From contig NZ_JARUBL010000001.1 in assembly GCF_029626155.1 (NCBI RefSeq), positions 7,692,816 through 7,756,815 of the forward strand: a stretch of DNA of 64,000 nucleotides. The letters are read 5' to 3'. Numbering within the stretch: the first letter of the stretch is position 1; every line of letters starts with the position of its first letter. Positions 1 through 8,950 of this stretch are shown in pieces. The position numbers and the translations under genes are program-made. The notes under the pieces are model-generated. The model was not told the DNA's origin and made no database searches. It worked only from the letters and a program-made list of their open reading frames with translations. Source of the stretch: Solwaraspora sp. WMMD1047 (GTDB lineage Bacteria; Actinomycetota; Actinomycetes; Mycobacteriales; Micromonosporaceae).

Positions 1-858
1 CGCGCTGGAGCCCACCTGACCGGGCTTGAAGCCCTCGGTGGCCAACTCCTGGCCGACCATCAGCCGGATCGTGGTGGCCAGCGACGACGGCGCGGCGGCG
101 GTCTGCGCCAGCGCGGCGACCACGTCGAAGTCCAGCGACCGGGGGTACACCTGACCGACGCTGTCCAACACCCGCCGGAAGCCGAGGTGCCCGGCCACCC
201 GCCGCTCCAACTCGGCCACCTTCGCGGCGTCCCCGTCGAAGAGATCGAGCTGGTCCGCGGCGGTGCCGACCGGCCCCTTGATGCCGCGCAGCGGGTACCT
301 GTCGATCAGGTCGGCGAGGCGCTCGTAGGAGATCAGTAGCTCTTCGGCCGCCGACGCGAACCGCTTGCCCAGCGTGGTGGCCTGCGCCGCGACATTGTGC
401 GAGCGCCCGGTGAGCACCAGGTCGGAGTGCTCCACGGCGAGCGCGGCCAGCTTGGCCAGGGTGGCGACAACCCGGTCGCGGATCAGCTCCAGCGAGGCCC
501 TGATCTGCAGCTGCTCGACGTTCTCGGTCAGGTCCCGCGAGGTCATCCCCTTGTGGATGTGCTCGTGCCCGGCCAGCGCGCTGAACTCCTCGATCCGCGC
601 CTTCACGTCGTGCCGGGTGACCCGCTCACGGTCCGCGATCGAGGCCAGGTCAACCCGATCAACAACCCGCTCGTACGCCTGCACCACCCCGTCCGGCACG
701 GCCACGCCGAGGTCGGCCTGGGCCCGGAGTACGGCCAGCCAGAGCCGCCGCTCCAGCCGGATCTTCTCCTCCGGCGCCCAGAGCGCGACAAGCTCGGCAG
801 AGGCATAGCGGGCGGCGAGAACGTTGGGAATCTGAGCAGGCTGCGTCACCTGCCCCAT
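1..858 (-). CDS. purB: Adenylosuccinate lyase, N-terminal part; the C-terminal end runs off the window start
   Basis: The reverse strand translates from ATG (revcomp of 'cat' at 856-858) as [27 protein letters not shown]..., the canonical PurB N-terminus (IPNVLA.RYAS motif). The ORF stays open to position 1. Confidence 0.8.
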   Translation of the reverse strand, partial: MGQVTQPAQIPNVLAARYASAELVALWAPEEKIRLERRLWLAVLRAQADLGVAVPDGVVQAYERVVDRVDLASIADRERVTRHDVKARIEEFSALAGHEHIHKGMTSRDLTENVEQLQIRASLELIRDRVVATLAKLAALAVEHSDLVLTGRSHNVAAQATTLGKRFASAAEELLISYERLADLIDRYPLRGIKGPVGTAADQLDLFDGDAAKVAELERRVAGHLGFRRVLDSVGQVYPRSLDFDVVAALAQTAAAPSSLATTIRLMVGQELATEGFKPGQVGSSA

Positions 859-912
859 TCTTCCGCACCCGCGAGTCCGGGGCGCAGGCACGGCGCGGTC
901 CCCCGAGCGCTC

Positions 913-944
913 GTATATACTGGACCGGCTGACTAGATATATTG
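913..944. promoter_or_regulatory. Two TATATA boxes (gtatatac ... agatatatt) about 19 bp apart immediately upstream of the vapB start; candidate promoter / autoregulatory operator
   Basis: AT hexamers are rare in a ~72% GC genome. The second box sits about 10 bp upstream of the vapB RBS 'gggggcggg' and ATG at 953. Confidence 0.3.
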
Positions 945-952
945 GGGGCGGG

Positions 953-1162
953 ATGACCAAGATCCTCGTGGACGTCGACGACGCGGCGCTGGCCGATGCC
1001 GCGGCAGCTCTTGGTACCGGGACAAAGAAGGACACGGTGAACGTCGCGCTGCGGGAGGCCGCCGCCCGGCTGCGGCGGGCCCGAGCTCTCGTCGAGCTGG
1101 GTGCCCGAGCCGAGGCCGGCGACTTCGACGAGCTTCTGGACAAGGGAACCTATCGGTCGTGA
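953..1162 (+). CDS. vapB: Type II antitoxin, VapB-like (69 aa)
   Basis: Small protein [21 protein letters not shown].... It overlaps the downstream PIN-domain gene by 4 bp (ATGA), the classic TA arrangement. Confidence 0.7.
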   Translation: MTKILVDVDDAALADAAAALGTGTKKDTVNVALREAAARLRRARALVELGARAEAGDFDELLDKGTYRS

Positions 1163-1584
1163 CGCACGGCGATTTCCTGATCGACACGAGCGCACTCGTC
1201 CGGTTACTACGAGACCCGGTGCTGCGCGTCCGGTGGGAACCCGCGATATCGGCCGGCATCGTCGCCATCTGCCCCCTCACTGAGCTCGAGTTTCTCTATT
1301 CCGCACGATCGGCGGCCGATCGCCGTTGGCTCCTGGATCAGCTCGAACTCGCCTACCCTCCCGTGCCCATGCCCGATCACAGCTATCGGCGGGCGGCCGA
1401 GGTGCAGGCGGAGCTGAACGACCTCGGTAGCCATCGCTCGGCCGGGGCCGTCGACCTGTTGATCGCCGCCACGGCCGAGTTGCACGACCTCACCCTGTTG
1501 CACTACGACCACGACTTCGAGCAGATCAGCCGGGTGACCGGCCAGCCGATGAAGTGGGTCGCCCCGGCCGGCTCGGTGAAGTGA
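1159..1584 (+). CDS. vapC: PIN-domain ribonuclease toxin VapC (141 aa)
   Basis: FLIDTSALV...acidic residues (D, E, D) spaced as in the PIN fold. Translationally coupled to the upstream antitoxin. Confidence 0.75.
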   Translation: MTHGDFLIDTSALVRLLRDPVLRVRWEPAISAGIVAICPLTELEFLYSARSAADRRWLLDQLELAYPPVPMPDHSYRRAAEVQAELNDLGSHRSAGAVDLLIAATAELHDLTLLHYDHDFEQISRVTGQPMKWVAPAGSVK

Positions 1585-1606
1585 CGGCCCACTAGCCTGC
1601 CCGACG

Positions 1607-2296
1607 ATGGACGGGCAAACCTGGATCGAGACCACCCGCACCGCGTACGACCTGGTCGCCGCCGACTACGCGGAGACGCTGCGGGACCGGCTGGCCGGCG
1701 ACCCGTTGGAGCGGGCCATGCTCGGCGCGTTCGCCGAACTGGTCCCGGCCGGCACCGGACTACCGGTCGCCGATCTGGGCTGCGGACCCGGCCGGATCAC
1801 CGGCCACCTGCACGCCCTCGGCCTGCCGGTCTTCGGCATCGACCTGTCTCCCCAGATGGTCGCGGTGGCCCGCCGGACCTACCCCGACCTGCGATTCGAG
1901 GAGGGCTCCCTGCTCGCCCTCGACCTGCCCGGCGCCAGCCTCGCCGGCGCGACCGCCTGGTTCTCGATCATCCACGCCCCGACCGAGCAGCTCCCCGTCA
2001 TCTGCGCGGAGCTGCACCGCGTCCTGGCTCCCGGCGCTCCGCTCGCGCTCGCCTTCCAGATCGGCGACGAGGACCTCGTGCACCGCGACCACGCCTACGG
2101 CCACGACCTGTCGATCTACCTCTACCGCCGCTCACCCGACCTGGTCGCCCGCCTGCTCCGCGAGGCCGGCCTCGACCTCGTCGCCCGGATGCGCCGCGAA
2201 ACCCCCGACCCGGACCTCCCGCCGGCGATGTACCTCATCGCCCGCCGCCCGGCCGGGCACGAGGTGAACACCAGTTACCCCAAAACCGAGTCGTAG
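1607..2296 (+). CDS. Class I SAM-dependent methyltransferase
   Basis: Motif I VADLGCGPGRIT and the overall ~230 aa MTase fold pattern. The stop TAG lies inside the left arm of a palindromic element. Confidence 0.65.
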   Translation: MDGQTWIETTRTAYDLVAADYAETLRDRLAGDPLERAMLGAFAELVPAGTGLPVADLGCGPGRITGHLHALGLPVFGIDLSPQMVAVARRTYPDLRFEEGSLLALDLPGASLAGATAWFSIIHAPTEQLPVICAELHRVLAPGAPLALAFQIGDEDLVHRDHAYGHDLSIYLYRRSPDLVARLLREAGLDLVARMRRETPDPDLPPAMYLIARRPAGHEVNTSYPKTES

Positions 2297-2318
2297 GGTA
2301 ACCGATGTTCACCTCGTG
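2258..2318. repeat. 61-bp imperfect palindromic element, copy 1 (23-bp arms, 15-bp loop)
   Basis: cacgaggtgaacaccagttaccc-caaaaccgagtcgta-gggtaaccgatgttcacctcgtg. It is about 85% identical to the element at 7709-7769. Confidence 0.8.
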
Positions 2319-2372
2319 CTGGCTCACCGGCGGTTCTGGAGCTGAGGTTGACCGCCGGGCGACAATGATCGC

Positions 2373-2861
2373 GTGCCGGTCGTGGAGGCGGAGGTGACCG
2401 TCGGAGTTGCGCCGGAGCTGGCGTTCGCGGTGTCGCAGACGACCGCGCCTGTCCGCTACCGGTGGGATCCGTTCGTCCGTGAGCAGCACTTCACCGACGG
2501 CGCCACCCGGCCCGGCAAGGGCGTCCGCACCTTCACCCGGTCCCGGCACGGCCTGACCATGATCAGCGAGTACGTGTCGTTCGCGCCGCCGCGCAACGTG
2601 GGCATGAAGATGGTGCGCGGGCCGTGGTTCTTCGAGATGTTCGCCGCCGGTTGGCGGTTCTCGCCGGCCGCCGAACCGGGCCACGCCGTCGCCACCTGGC
2701 GGTACAGCTTCCACACCCGGCCCGCGTTCCTGCGCCCGGTCGCCGACCGGATCGGGGTCTGGCTGCTCGGCCGCGACATCCGGCGCCGGATCGCCGGGTA
2801 CGCCGCCGGCTGCGCCGACCCGGAGGTGCTGGCCGCCGCCCGCGAATCACTGGCCCGCTGA
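2373..2861 (+). CDS. SRPBCC-family (Bet v1-like / polyketide-cyclase-like) protein
   Basis: 162 aa. Pattern typical of SRPBCC ligand-binding proteins (…WDPFVREQHF…WRYSFHTRP…). Inference from sequence pattern only. Confidence 0.5.
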   Translation: MPVVEAEVTVGVAPELAFAVSQTTAPVRYRWDPFVREQHFTDGATRPGKGVRTFTRSRHGLTMISEYVSFAPPRNVGMKMVRGPWFFEMFAAGWRFSPAAEPGHAVATWRYSFHTRPAFLRPVADRIGVWLLGRDIRRRIAGYAAGCADPEVLAAARESLAR

Positions 2862-2905
2862 CACCGCGTACACGTCGGCCGCCGACGTCCGCTGGGCCGC
2901 CTTCC

Positions 2906-4552
2906 TCACTCGTGGTCCTTCGCCCCCACCCGGAAGGCCAACCGGTCGAGGTAGCTGATCTGCAGCAGGACGAAGGCCACCAGGAAGGCGAAGAAGATCG
3001 GCAGCGGCAGGATCAGCTCCCGGGCCAGTGCGGCCACCCCCTCGGGCTGTTGGACCGCGTACCGGGCCACCGTCACCGTCGCCGGCGTCGTGTCCGGATC
3101 GACCGCGACGACGAGCGGCCAGAGCAGCGACTGCGCGTGGCACAGCCAAGTCGCGAGGACGACCAGCAGCAGCAGCGGCAACGCCGGCAGCACCATCGAC
3201 CGGCCGAAGCCCGCGCCGGCCCGCCAGCTGCCCCGCTGGCCCCGGAAGAAGAGCGTGAATCCGACCAACGCCGGAATCGACACCCAGCCCGGCGGCACCA
3301 TCCCGAGGAACGTGCTCAGCCGGTCGGCCTCCTGCGCGCGGAGGAATCCGTCCAGGACCAGCGGGCCCGTGCCGACGAAGAGCCACGGCGCGAACGGCAG
3401 CAGCAGCAACTCGCTCCAGCGGCCCAGTGGTCGCAACCCGCCGATGCCGAACCCGGCCGCCGCCGCCAGGGCGACCGGCAGCGTCGCCGCGACGAACGTC
3501 GGCAACCAGGTGTACGCGAGCACCGTCCCCAGGCTGACGCCCGTGTCGATCGACGAGCCGTCCGAACCCCGGTAGAGCCAGGGCCAGAGCACCCAACCAA
3601 CAAAGGCCACGAACAACACCAACCCGGGTACGAGCAGCACCCGGCTGATCAGTCGGCTGGCGCCGTCGGTGGGCGACCTCTTCTCCTTCGCCAGCACCTC
3701 GAACCGGGCCCGGCTGACCACCAGCAACCCGACCGCCAGCAGCCCCATCAGCCCGAGCACGACCAGCAGCAGCACCGACCAGGCGGAGCCCAGCCCGAAC
3801 CGGAAGGTACGGAAGCCCTGGTTCACCACGTCCAGCATCGGTGTCGTCGTGGACCGTGCCGGACCGCCGTTGGTCAGCAGCCAGGGTGCGGTGAAGCTCT
3901 GCAGCACCACCGCGATCACCCCGAGGCCCACCACGGCACCGACGGTGGCCAGCGCCGCCACTGTGGCGGGGGCGGATGCCCGACCCCGCAGCGCGCTCAG
4001 GAACAAGGTGGTCGCCACCGCCACCACCAGCCCGAACGAGATGGCCGCCACCAGCCAGATCAGCGTGCCCCGGGGTTGGTCGGCGAGGCTGCCCGGTTCG
4101 AGACGCTCCGCCCGCCAGCAGACCAACAGGGCGACCGGCGCGTACCCGGCCAGCGGCAGGGCGAGCAACGCCCGGGTGACCCGGCGGGCGAGCGGACCCG
4201 CCCGGTCGGCGACGACCGCGAGCAGTGGCGCGGCCACCAGCGCGAAGAGCAGCGGCAGCAGAGCCAGCAGCAGGGCGAACCCGACCGGCCCGGCCAGCCC
4301 CTCCTCGAACAGCTGCCGGTAGTTGTCCGTGCCCACCGACTCCGGCTCACGCGTCGGGTTGCCATCCTGGAAGCTGCGCCGCAGGGTGGCGAGCGAGGGC
4401 AGCAGGTAGGACCAGACCAGCGCGATCAGGGCGGGCAGCAGCAGCGCCAGCCCCACGATCATCCTGGCCGCCGGCTCCATTCCGGCGGTCGTCGGGTGCA
4501 CGGCCGGGCGGCCCGCGGTCGGTTGCCCGGTTGCGGGGTCGGTCATCGACAA
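2906..4552 (-). CDS. Fused (MalF-like + MalG-like) ABC transporter permease, sugar type
   Basis: 548 aa polytopic membrane protein. Carries the permease signature LTNGGPARSTTTPMLDVVNQGFRTFRFGLGSAWSV at the end of the first half and a second permease-like half. No cognate ATPase or SBP is adjacent. Confidence 0.5.
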   Translation of the reverse strand: MSMTDPATGQPTAGRPAVHPTTAGMEPAARMIVGLALLLPALIALVWSYLLPSLATLRRSFQDGNPTREPESVGTDNYRQLFEEGLAGPVGFALLLALLPLLFALVAAPLLAVVADRAGPLARRVTRALLALPLAGYAPVALLVCWRAERLEPGSLADQPRGTLIWLVAAISFGLVVAVATTLFLSALRGRASAPATVAALATVGAVVGLGVIAVVLQSFTAPWLLTNGGPARSTTTPMLDVVNQGFRTFRFGLGSAWSVLLLVVLGLMGLLAVGLLVVSRARFEVLAKEKRSPTDGASRLISRVLLVPGLVLFVAFVGWVLWPWLYRGSDGSSIDTGVSLGTVLAYTWLPTFVAATLPVALAAAAGFGIGGLRPLGRWSELLLLPFAPWLFVGTGPLVLDGFLRAQEADRLSTFLGMVPPGWVSIPALVGFTLFFRGQRGSWRAGAGFGRSMVLPALPLLLLVVLATWLCHAQSLLWPLVVAVDPDTTPATVTVARYAVQQPEGVAALARELILPLPIFFAFLVAFVLLQISYLDRLAFRVGAKDHE

Positions 4553-4739
4553 ACTCCCTGGTTCGACGGTCGGCGGCGGACGCCGTCGAGGTTAGGGCCG
4601 CCGTGCAAGGCCGGTCGGGCAAGATCGCGAAGGTCGCCGGCTGGCCGTACTCTCCCAGGTGGGATGGGTTGGCGCGGCCGAGCGCGGCGCCCACCGCACG
4701 CGGTTGGACGGACCGAGCGAGTCGGAAGAGGCGTACCGG

Positions 4740-5201
4740 ATGGGGTGGTCCTGGCTGATCTGGGCGGGTGGTGGCGTGGTGCTGCTGGCCGCCGGTTTCG
4801 GCTCGGCGCTGGCCCCCCGGTTGCGGGACCGCCGGCGGGCGCGGCGGATCGCCTGGTCCACCGCGCGGGCCGCGATCTCCAGCGCGACGATCAGCCGGGA
4901 CGCCGCCGCGGTCCCGGTCCCGGAGGCCGACCGGCTCCTCGCGCGCGCCGAACTGATCGCCGCCGACCGCGGCGGTGACGCCGCCGCCCACAGCGCCATC
5001 GAACACGCCCGCCAGGCCGACCAGCTCTGGCGCCTCGCCACCGACGAGCAGCCGACCCCCGTCCGCCGTCAGCAGCCCGACCAGCCCTGGCGCGACGCCA
5101 CCGGTAACCAGCCAACCCCCGGCGGCCGCGAGCCCGCCGGTGACCGGGAGCCCGCCGGTGACCGGGAGGCCAGCGGTGACCGGGAGGCCAGCGGTGGCTG
5201 A
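4740..5201 (+). CDS. Small membrane protein: one N-terminal TM helix, then an Arg/Ala-rich cytoplasmic tail ending in PAGDRE/ASGDRE tandem repeats
   Basis: ATG at 4740 (MGWSWLIWAGGGVVLLAAGFGSALAPRLRDRRRARR…), consistent with the positive-inside rule. Its stop overlaps the GTG of the next gene. A different frame (4975..) is also open here, so the frame call is an inference. Confidence 0.35.
   Translation: MGWSWLIWAGGGVVLLAAGFGSALAPRLRDRRRARRIAWSTARAAISSATISRDAAAVPVPEADRLLARAELIAADRGGDAAAHSAIEHARQADQLWRLATDEQPTPVRRQQPDQPWRDATGNQPTPGGREPAGDREPAGDREASGDREASGG
5130..5201. repeat. In-frame 18-bp tandem repeat x4 (gagcccgccggtgaccgg x2, gaggccagcggtgaccgg x2)
   Basis: Direct inspection. Encodes EPAGDR-EPAGDR-EASGDR-EASGG at the C-terminus of the 4740..5201 ORF. 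Confidence 0.8.
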
Positions 5202-6597
5202 AGCGGTGACGGGCCGGAGCGGTGCATCCCGTGGCTGGCGGCGGCGGGCCGCCCGCTGGGCGGAGCCGCTGCGCTGGACGCTGCTCGGCGTCGCCGTGCT
5301 CGTGCTGGTGGTGTTCCTGGTCGCGCAGCGGCAGAGCACCGACGTCAGCTACGGCGAGTCGCCGGCCACCGCCGCCATCCCGGAGGGGTCGGCCGGCGAG
5401 CTGACCGACGCGAGCGTGCCGTCGGTCGCCGAGATGACGGCACTCGTCGCGGCCGAACCGGTCGTCCGGCTGCCGGGCGCCGTCGCCACCTGGGACGAGC
5501 AACAGGTACGCGAGGTGATCGGCGACTCCGACACCCGGATCCTGGTGGCGCCGCCCGGCCTGGACAAGGCGGAACGGGACCTGATCCGCGACGTCGAGAA
5601 CGCCACCGTGCGGGTCGTCGGCACCGAGGTCAGCGGCGGCATCTACCAGGCCGTCCCCGACACGATCCCGAGCTGGCGGGCCCGGTTCGCCACCCACGAC
5701 GTGACCGGTTCCCTGGTCGCGCTGATCGCCAACCTGCGGGACCGGCCCACCCCACCCGACGTCGACCCGCTGACCTGGCGGGACCCGGCACCCGCCGAAC
5801 TCGCGGCCGTCGCCGCCGACCTGCGCGCCCACGGGCGGCACGTCGCGCCCGGCGCCACCCTGACCGGCGTACCCGAAAAGGCGGCCGCGGCGGCGTTTCC
5901 CGCCGGCGCCCGGTATGTCGCGCTGCCCTACCAGGCGCCGGGCGAGCCGCTGCCCCGGTACGGGCCGGCGCTCGCGGGGCTCTTCCCGGACACCCCGATC
6001 GTGGTGCTCTACGGCTCCTGGGTCGAATACCACGGCCCGGAGGCGGAACAGTTCGCCGACATCGCCGCGGCCACCTTCTACGCCCAGTTCGGCGATCGGC
6101 TCAGCCGGTACGCCTACCCGCAGGACAACGTGCTCGGCGCCTGGCTCGACCGGGTCACCGAGATCCGGTACGCCGGCGTCTTCGAGCGGCCGCTGCCGTA
6201 CCGGCCGTTCGACCCGCTGCGGGTGGCGTTGCCCGCGCTGCCGTGGATCTTCGCTGGCTGCGTACTCGTGTTCCTGATCTTGTCGGTGCGGTCGTTGCCG
6301 CGCGTCGCGGGCCTCGCCGCGCCGGTGGTCCGCGGCCCCGGGGTGTCGTCGCGGTTGGCCGGGCTGACCGCGCTGGCGGTGGAGATGTCGCTGCTCACCG
6401 ACCGGCGCAGCGACCCGGCGCTGGTCCGGGGCATCGCGGCGCTGGGCGCGGCCCGGGAGGCGCTGGACGAGCGGCTGCCGGCCAGCCAGGTACGCCGCCT
6501 GCTGGCCGACGCGGAGGCGGAATTGGACGCCGCCGCCCGCACGATGGCGATCCCCGCGTACCGCCCGAGCGCCTACCTGCGGGGGCGGCTGTCGTGA
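5194..6597 (+). CDS. Bitopic membrane protein of unknown function (paralog of the next gene)
   Basis: GTG 5194 overlaps the upstream stop. It has a basic N-terminus, a TM helix (LRWTLLGVAVLVLVVFLV), a ~300 aa extracytoplasmic region, a second TM (LPALPWIFAGCVLVFLILSV) and a coiled-coil tail. Shares DE..V.E.IG....L...PG and other blocks with the next gene. Confidence 0.45.
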   Translation: MAEAVTGRSGASRGWRRRAARWAEPLRWTLLGVAVLVLVVFLVAQRQSTDVSYGESPATAAIPEGSAGELTDASVPSVAEMTALVAAEPVVRLPGAVATWDEQQVREVIGDSDTRILVAPPGLDKAERDLIRDVENATVRVVGTEVSGGIYQAVPDTIPSWRARFATHDVTGSLVALIANLRDRPTPPDVDPLTWRDPAPAELAAVAADLRAHGRHVAPGATLTGVPEKAAAAAFPAGARYVALPYQAPGEPLPRYGPALAGLFPDTPIVVLYGSWVEYHGPEAEQFADIAAATFYAQFGDRLSRYAYPQDNVLGAWLDRVTEIRYAGVFERPLPYRPFDPLRVALPALPWIFAGCVLVFLILSVRSLPRVAGLAAPVVRGPGVSSRLAGLTALAVEMSLLTDRRSDPALVRGIAALGAAREALDERLPASQVRRLLADAEAELDAAARTMAIPAYRPSAYLRGRLS

Positions 6598-7658
6598 CCC
6601 GGTCCGGCGGGAAGAGGACCGCGCGGCAACGGCGACGGGCATTGGCCGCGACCGGCCAGACGACCGGGTCGGCCGGGCGGGCGACCGGGTCGGCCGGGCG
6701 GGCGACCGGGTCGGCCGGGCGGGCGACCGGGTCGGCCGGCCGCCGGTCGAAGCTGGTCGGCCGGCTGGGTCGATTCGTCGGCACCCCGTTCGGGTTCGCC
6801 GTCCTCGGCTGCCTGGTGCTGGCCGGGTGGGCGCTCTGGTCCGGCGGCATCCTGGACAACGCGATCGCCCGCGACGTGCGCTCCTCCGCCGTGTACGCGG
6901 CGCCCGGTGTCGACCTGGACGAGGCCGCCGCCGAACGGATCATCGGCAACCGGCGGCTGGTGGTGGTCATCCTGGAGCCGGGCGCCTCGCTGCGGGACGG
7001 CTGCGACGACGTGAAGAGCGCCGCCGACGGCACGGTCGTGCTGCTGCTCGCCCGTGACGGCGACGAGTTCGACAGGTACGGCTGCGCGCTGCTGCCCGAG
7101 CGCGACGACGAGAACTTCGGCCGCGCGTTCGTCGCCGAGTCGATCATCGGCCGGGGTGTCGACGGGTTCGTGGACGATCCGCTGGCGGCGATGAAGGTGA
7201 TCGCCGTCAACTACGACCTGCTGGTACGCGCCGGCACGGTCCCCGACGGCGCCCGCAGCATCAGCCCGTCGCTGCCCCGCTTCCTGGTCGCGGTGGCCGC
7301 CGTGTGCGCCGTGGTGGTGGGTGCGACGGTGGCGTGGGTGGGTGCCCGGCGGGCCGGCCGGCTGGCCGCGAACCGGCAGGCCCGCCGGGAGGCGGCCGCC
7401 GACAGGCGCAGCGAGCTGGCCGCCGCGACCGCCGTGCTCGCCCAGCAGATCATGGACCTGGACCGCCGGTTCGGGACGCTGCCGGCCACCGTCTCCCGGG
7501 CCGTCGAGTTCCGCCAACTCGCCGCCGATTACGCCGGCCTGCTCGACGACCTCACCACCCGTGACGGCGACCCGTCCGACGCCGACCTCGACCGCCTATC
7601 CACGCACGTCGAGGAGCTGACCACCCGCTGCCGCCATTTGCACACTTCTGCCCCGTAA
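6594..7658 (+). CDS. Bitopic membrane protein of unknown function (paralog of 5194..6597) with an ATGSAGR x4 repeat
   Basis: GTG 6594 overlaps the upstream TGA (gtga). Same architecture as the upstream gene: basic N-terminus, TM, ectodomain, TM, coiled coil. Confidence 0.45.
   Translation: MTRSGGKRTARQRRRALAATGQTTGSAGRATGSAGRATGSAGRATGSAGRRSKLVGRLGRFVGTPFGFAVLGCLVLAGWALWSGGILDNAIARDVRSSAVYAAPGVDLDEAAAERIIGNRRLVVVILEPGASLRDGCDDVKSAADGTVVLLLARDGDEFDRYGCALLPERDDENFGRAFVAESIIGRGVDGFVDDPLAAMKVIAVNYDLLVRAGTVPDGARSISPSLPRFLVAVAAVCAVVVGATVAWVGARRAGRLAANRQARREAAADRRSELAAATAVLAQQIMDLDRRFGTLPATVSRAVEFRQLAADYAGLLDDLTTRDGDPSDADLDRLSTHVEELTTRCRHLHTSAP
6649..6744. repeat. In-frame 21-bp tandem repeat, 3 perfect + 1 degenerate copies (cgaccgggtcggccgggcggg)
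   Basis: Direct inspection. Encodes (ATGSAGR)x4 in the N-terminal cytoplasmic region of the 6594..7658 ORF. Confidence 0.85.
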
Positions 7659-7708
7659 GCTCCCCCCGCTCGCCGCACCTCGGCCCGCCGCCGCCCGCTC
7701 ATCGGCCG

Positions 7709-7769
7709 CACGAGGTGAACGCCAGTTACCCTAAAACTGCGTCGTAGGGTAACTGGCGTTCACCTGGTG
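7709..7769. repeat. 61-bp imperfect palindromic element, copy 2
   Basis: cacgaggtgaacgccagttaccc-taaaactgcgtcgta-gggtaactggcgttcacctggtg. Same family as the element at 2258-2318. Lies between convergent genes. Confidence 0.8.
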
Positions 7770-7806
7770 GCCGGATCGTGGCGCCGGGGACCGGAAACTC
7801 GTGGAG

Positions 7807-8034
7807 TCAGGGACGGGCGAGGACGCCGGAGCGGACAGCGGTGAGGAAGGCGGTCCAGCCGGCGGACCGATAGACCAGCACCGGCCCACCGCGGTCATAC
7901 GTGTCGCGCACCGCCACCCGACCACTGCCATCCAACACCGGCCCCGCCTCGACACAGTTGCCGCTGCCGCCCTCGCTCCGGGAGCTGACATGCCAGGCCA
8001 CCCGGGGGGCGGGTGTCGCAGTTCGCATGGACAT
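7807..8034 (-). CDS. DUF397-domain small protein (75 aa)
   Basis: MSMRTATPAPRVAWHVSSRSEGGSGNCVEAGPVLDGSGRVAVRDTYDRGGPVLVYRSAGWTAFLTAV matches the W.KSS.S…NCVE…VRDSK…P.L.F….W..F DUF397 signature. Located 6 bp downstream of the XRE regulator. Confidence 0.7.
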   Translation of the reverse strand: MSMRTATPAPRVAWHVSSRSEGGSGNCVEAGPVLDGSGRVAVRDTYDRGGPVLVYRSAGWTAFLTAVRSGVLARP

Positions 8035-8039
8035 TCCAC

Positions 8040-8900
8040 TCACTCCATCTCGGCAACCAACTCTGAGAGGAACGCGACTGTGTCGCCAGGTGAGAGCGCA
8101 GTGTCGCAGAGCTGATGGTAGCGGGAGACGAGATCGGCGGCCTTCTCCGCCTCGACGTAGACGGCGCCGGCCGGAGTGTGCATGGCAGCGGCATCCGGGT
8201 AAGGCTCGGCCATGCGCAGGATGTCGAACGGTCCATCCGGACTGGCGTGGGCGCCGGCACTGAACGGCAGCACCCGGATCTCGAAGCCGGACCGGCTGGC
8301 GATGCTCACAAGGTGTGCCAGTTGCGCGCGCATCGTCGCCGTTCCGCCCACGAGACGTCTCGCCACGGACTCGTCCAGGAGTGCCTTGAGTTCCAAGGGC
8401 TCGTCCCGGTCGAGCAGCCGTTGCCGAGCCATCCGCAACTCGATCCACCGTTCGATCTGCTCGTCATTGCCAGCGCCGTTGGCCGTCCTGATGATCGCCT
8501 CGGCGTATTCGCGGGTCTGCAGCAAACCAGGGACGACCACCGTGGAGAAGTAGCAGATGGCGGTGGCTCGGCTCTCCAGCCAGATGCGGTCGATCAGCTC
8601 GCCCGCCACGTCGCCGGTGTATCCGTCCCACCATCCCTTCTGGAAGAGCTCCTGGCTCATCTTCTTGAGCGCGTCGCGTCGCTTCGGGTCGTCGACGCCG
8701 CAGATGTCCAGGTAGGCCAGCACCTCGGCGACCCTTGTCGGCATGAGCCCGGACTCGAACCGGCTCACCGTCGAGGGATTGCGCCGCAGGAACTCCCCGA
8801 CCTCCTTGAGGGTCAGACCGGCCTGCTCGCGCATCTCCCTGAGCTCGCTTCCGAGCCACTGGGCGCGCAGGGTCGCGACCCGATGATCCGCCATCGCCAC
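8040..8900 (-). CDS. XRE-family HTH transcriptional regulator with a C-terminal DUF5753-type domain (Scr1-like)
   Basis: N-terminal HTH (AGLTLKEVGEFLRRNPSTVSRFESG) plus the ~200 aa C-terminal domain typical of actinobacterial XRE/DUF5753 regulators paired with DUF397 genes. Confidence 0.75.
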   Translation of the reverse strand: MAMADHRVATLRAQWLGSELREMREQAGLTLKEVGEFLRRNPSTVSRFESGLMPTRVAEVLAYLDICGVDDPKRRDALKKMSQELFQKGWWDGYTGDVAGELIDRIWLESRATAICYFSTVVVPGLLQTREYAEAIIRTANGAGNDEQIERWIELRMARQRLLDRDEPLELKALLDESVARRLVGGTATMRAQLAHLVSIASRSGFEIRVLPFSAGAHASPDGPFDILRMAEPYPDAAAMHTPAGAVYVEAEKAADLVSRYHQLCDTALSPGDTVAFLSELVAEME

Positions 8901-8938
8901 TCCTCTCCATGCCCATCATGGAGGAAGAAAACTCGCTA

Positions 8939-8950
8939 GGCAATATTGCC
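8939..8950. promoter_or_regulatory. Perfect 12-bp palindrome GGCAATATTGCC about 40 bp upstream of the XRE regulator start; candidate operator
   Basis: Seen directly. AT-rich core in a GC-rich intergenic region. Confidence 0.35.

Noticed and set aside
2624-4978. 784-aa plus-strand ORF (R/P/G/Q-rich) antisense to the ABC permease
   Set aside because: Extreme low-complexity composition (poly-R/P/Q/G) and no motifs. It is the antisense frame of a bona fide permease gene and a typical GC-driven shadow ORF.
4891-6642. 583-aa minus-strand ORF overlapping the membrane-protein operon
   Set aside because: Arg/Gly/Pro low-complexity translation. The plus-strand genes have coherent TM topology and coupled starts.
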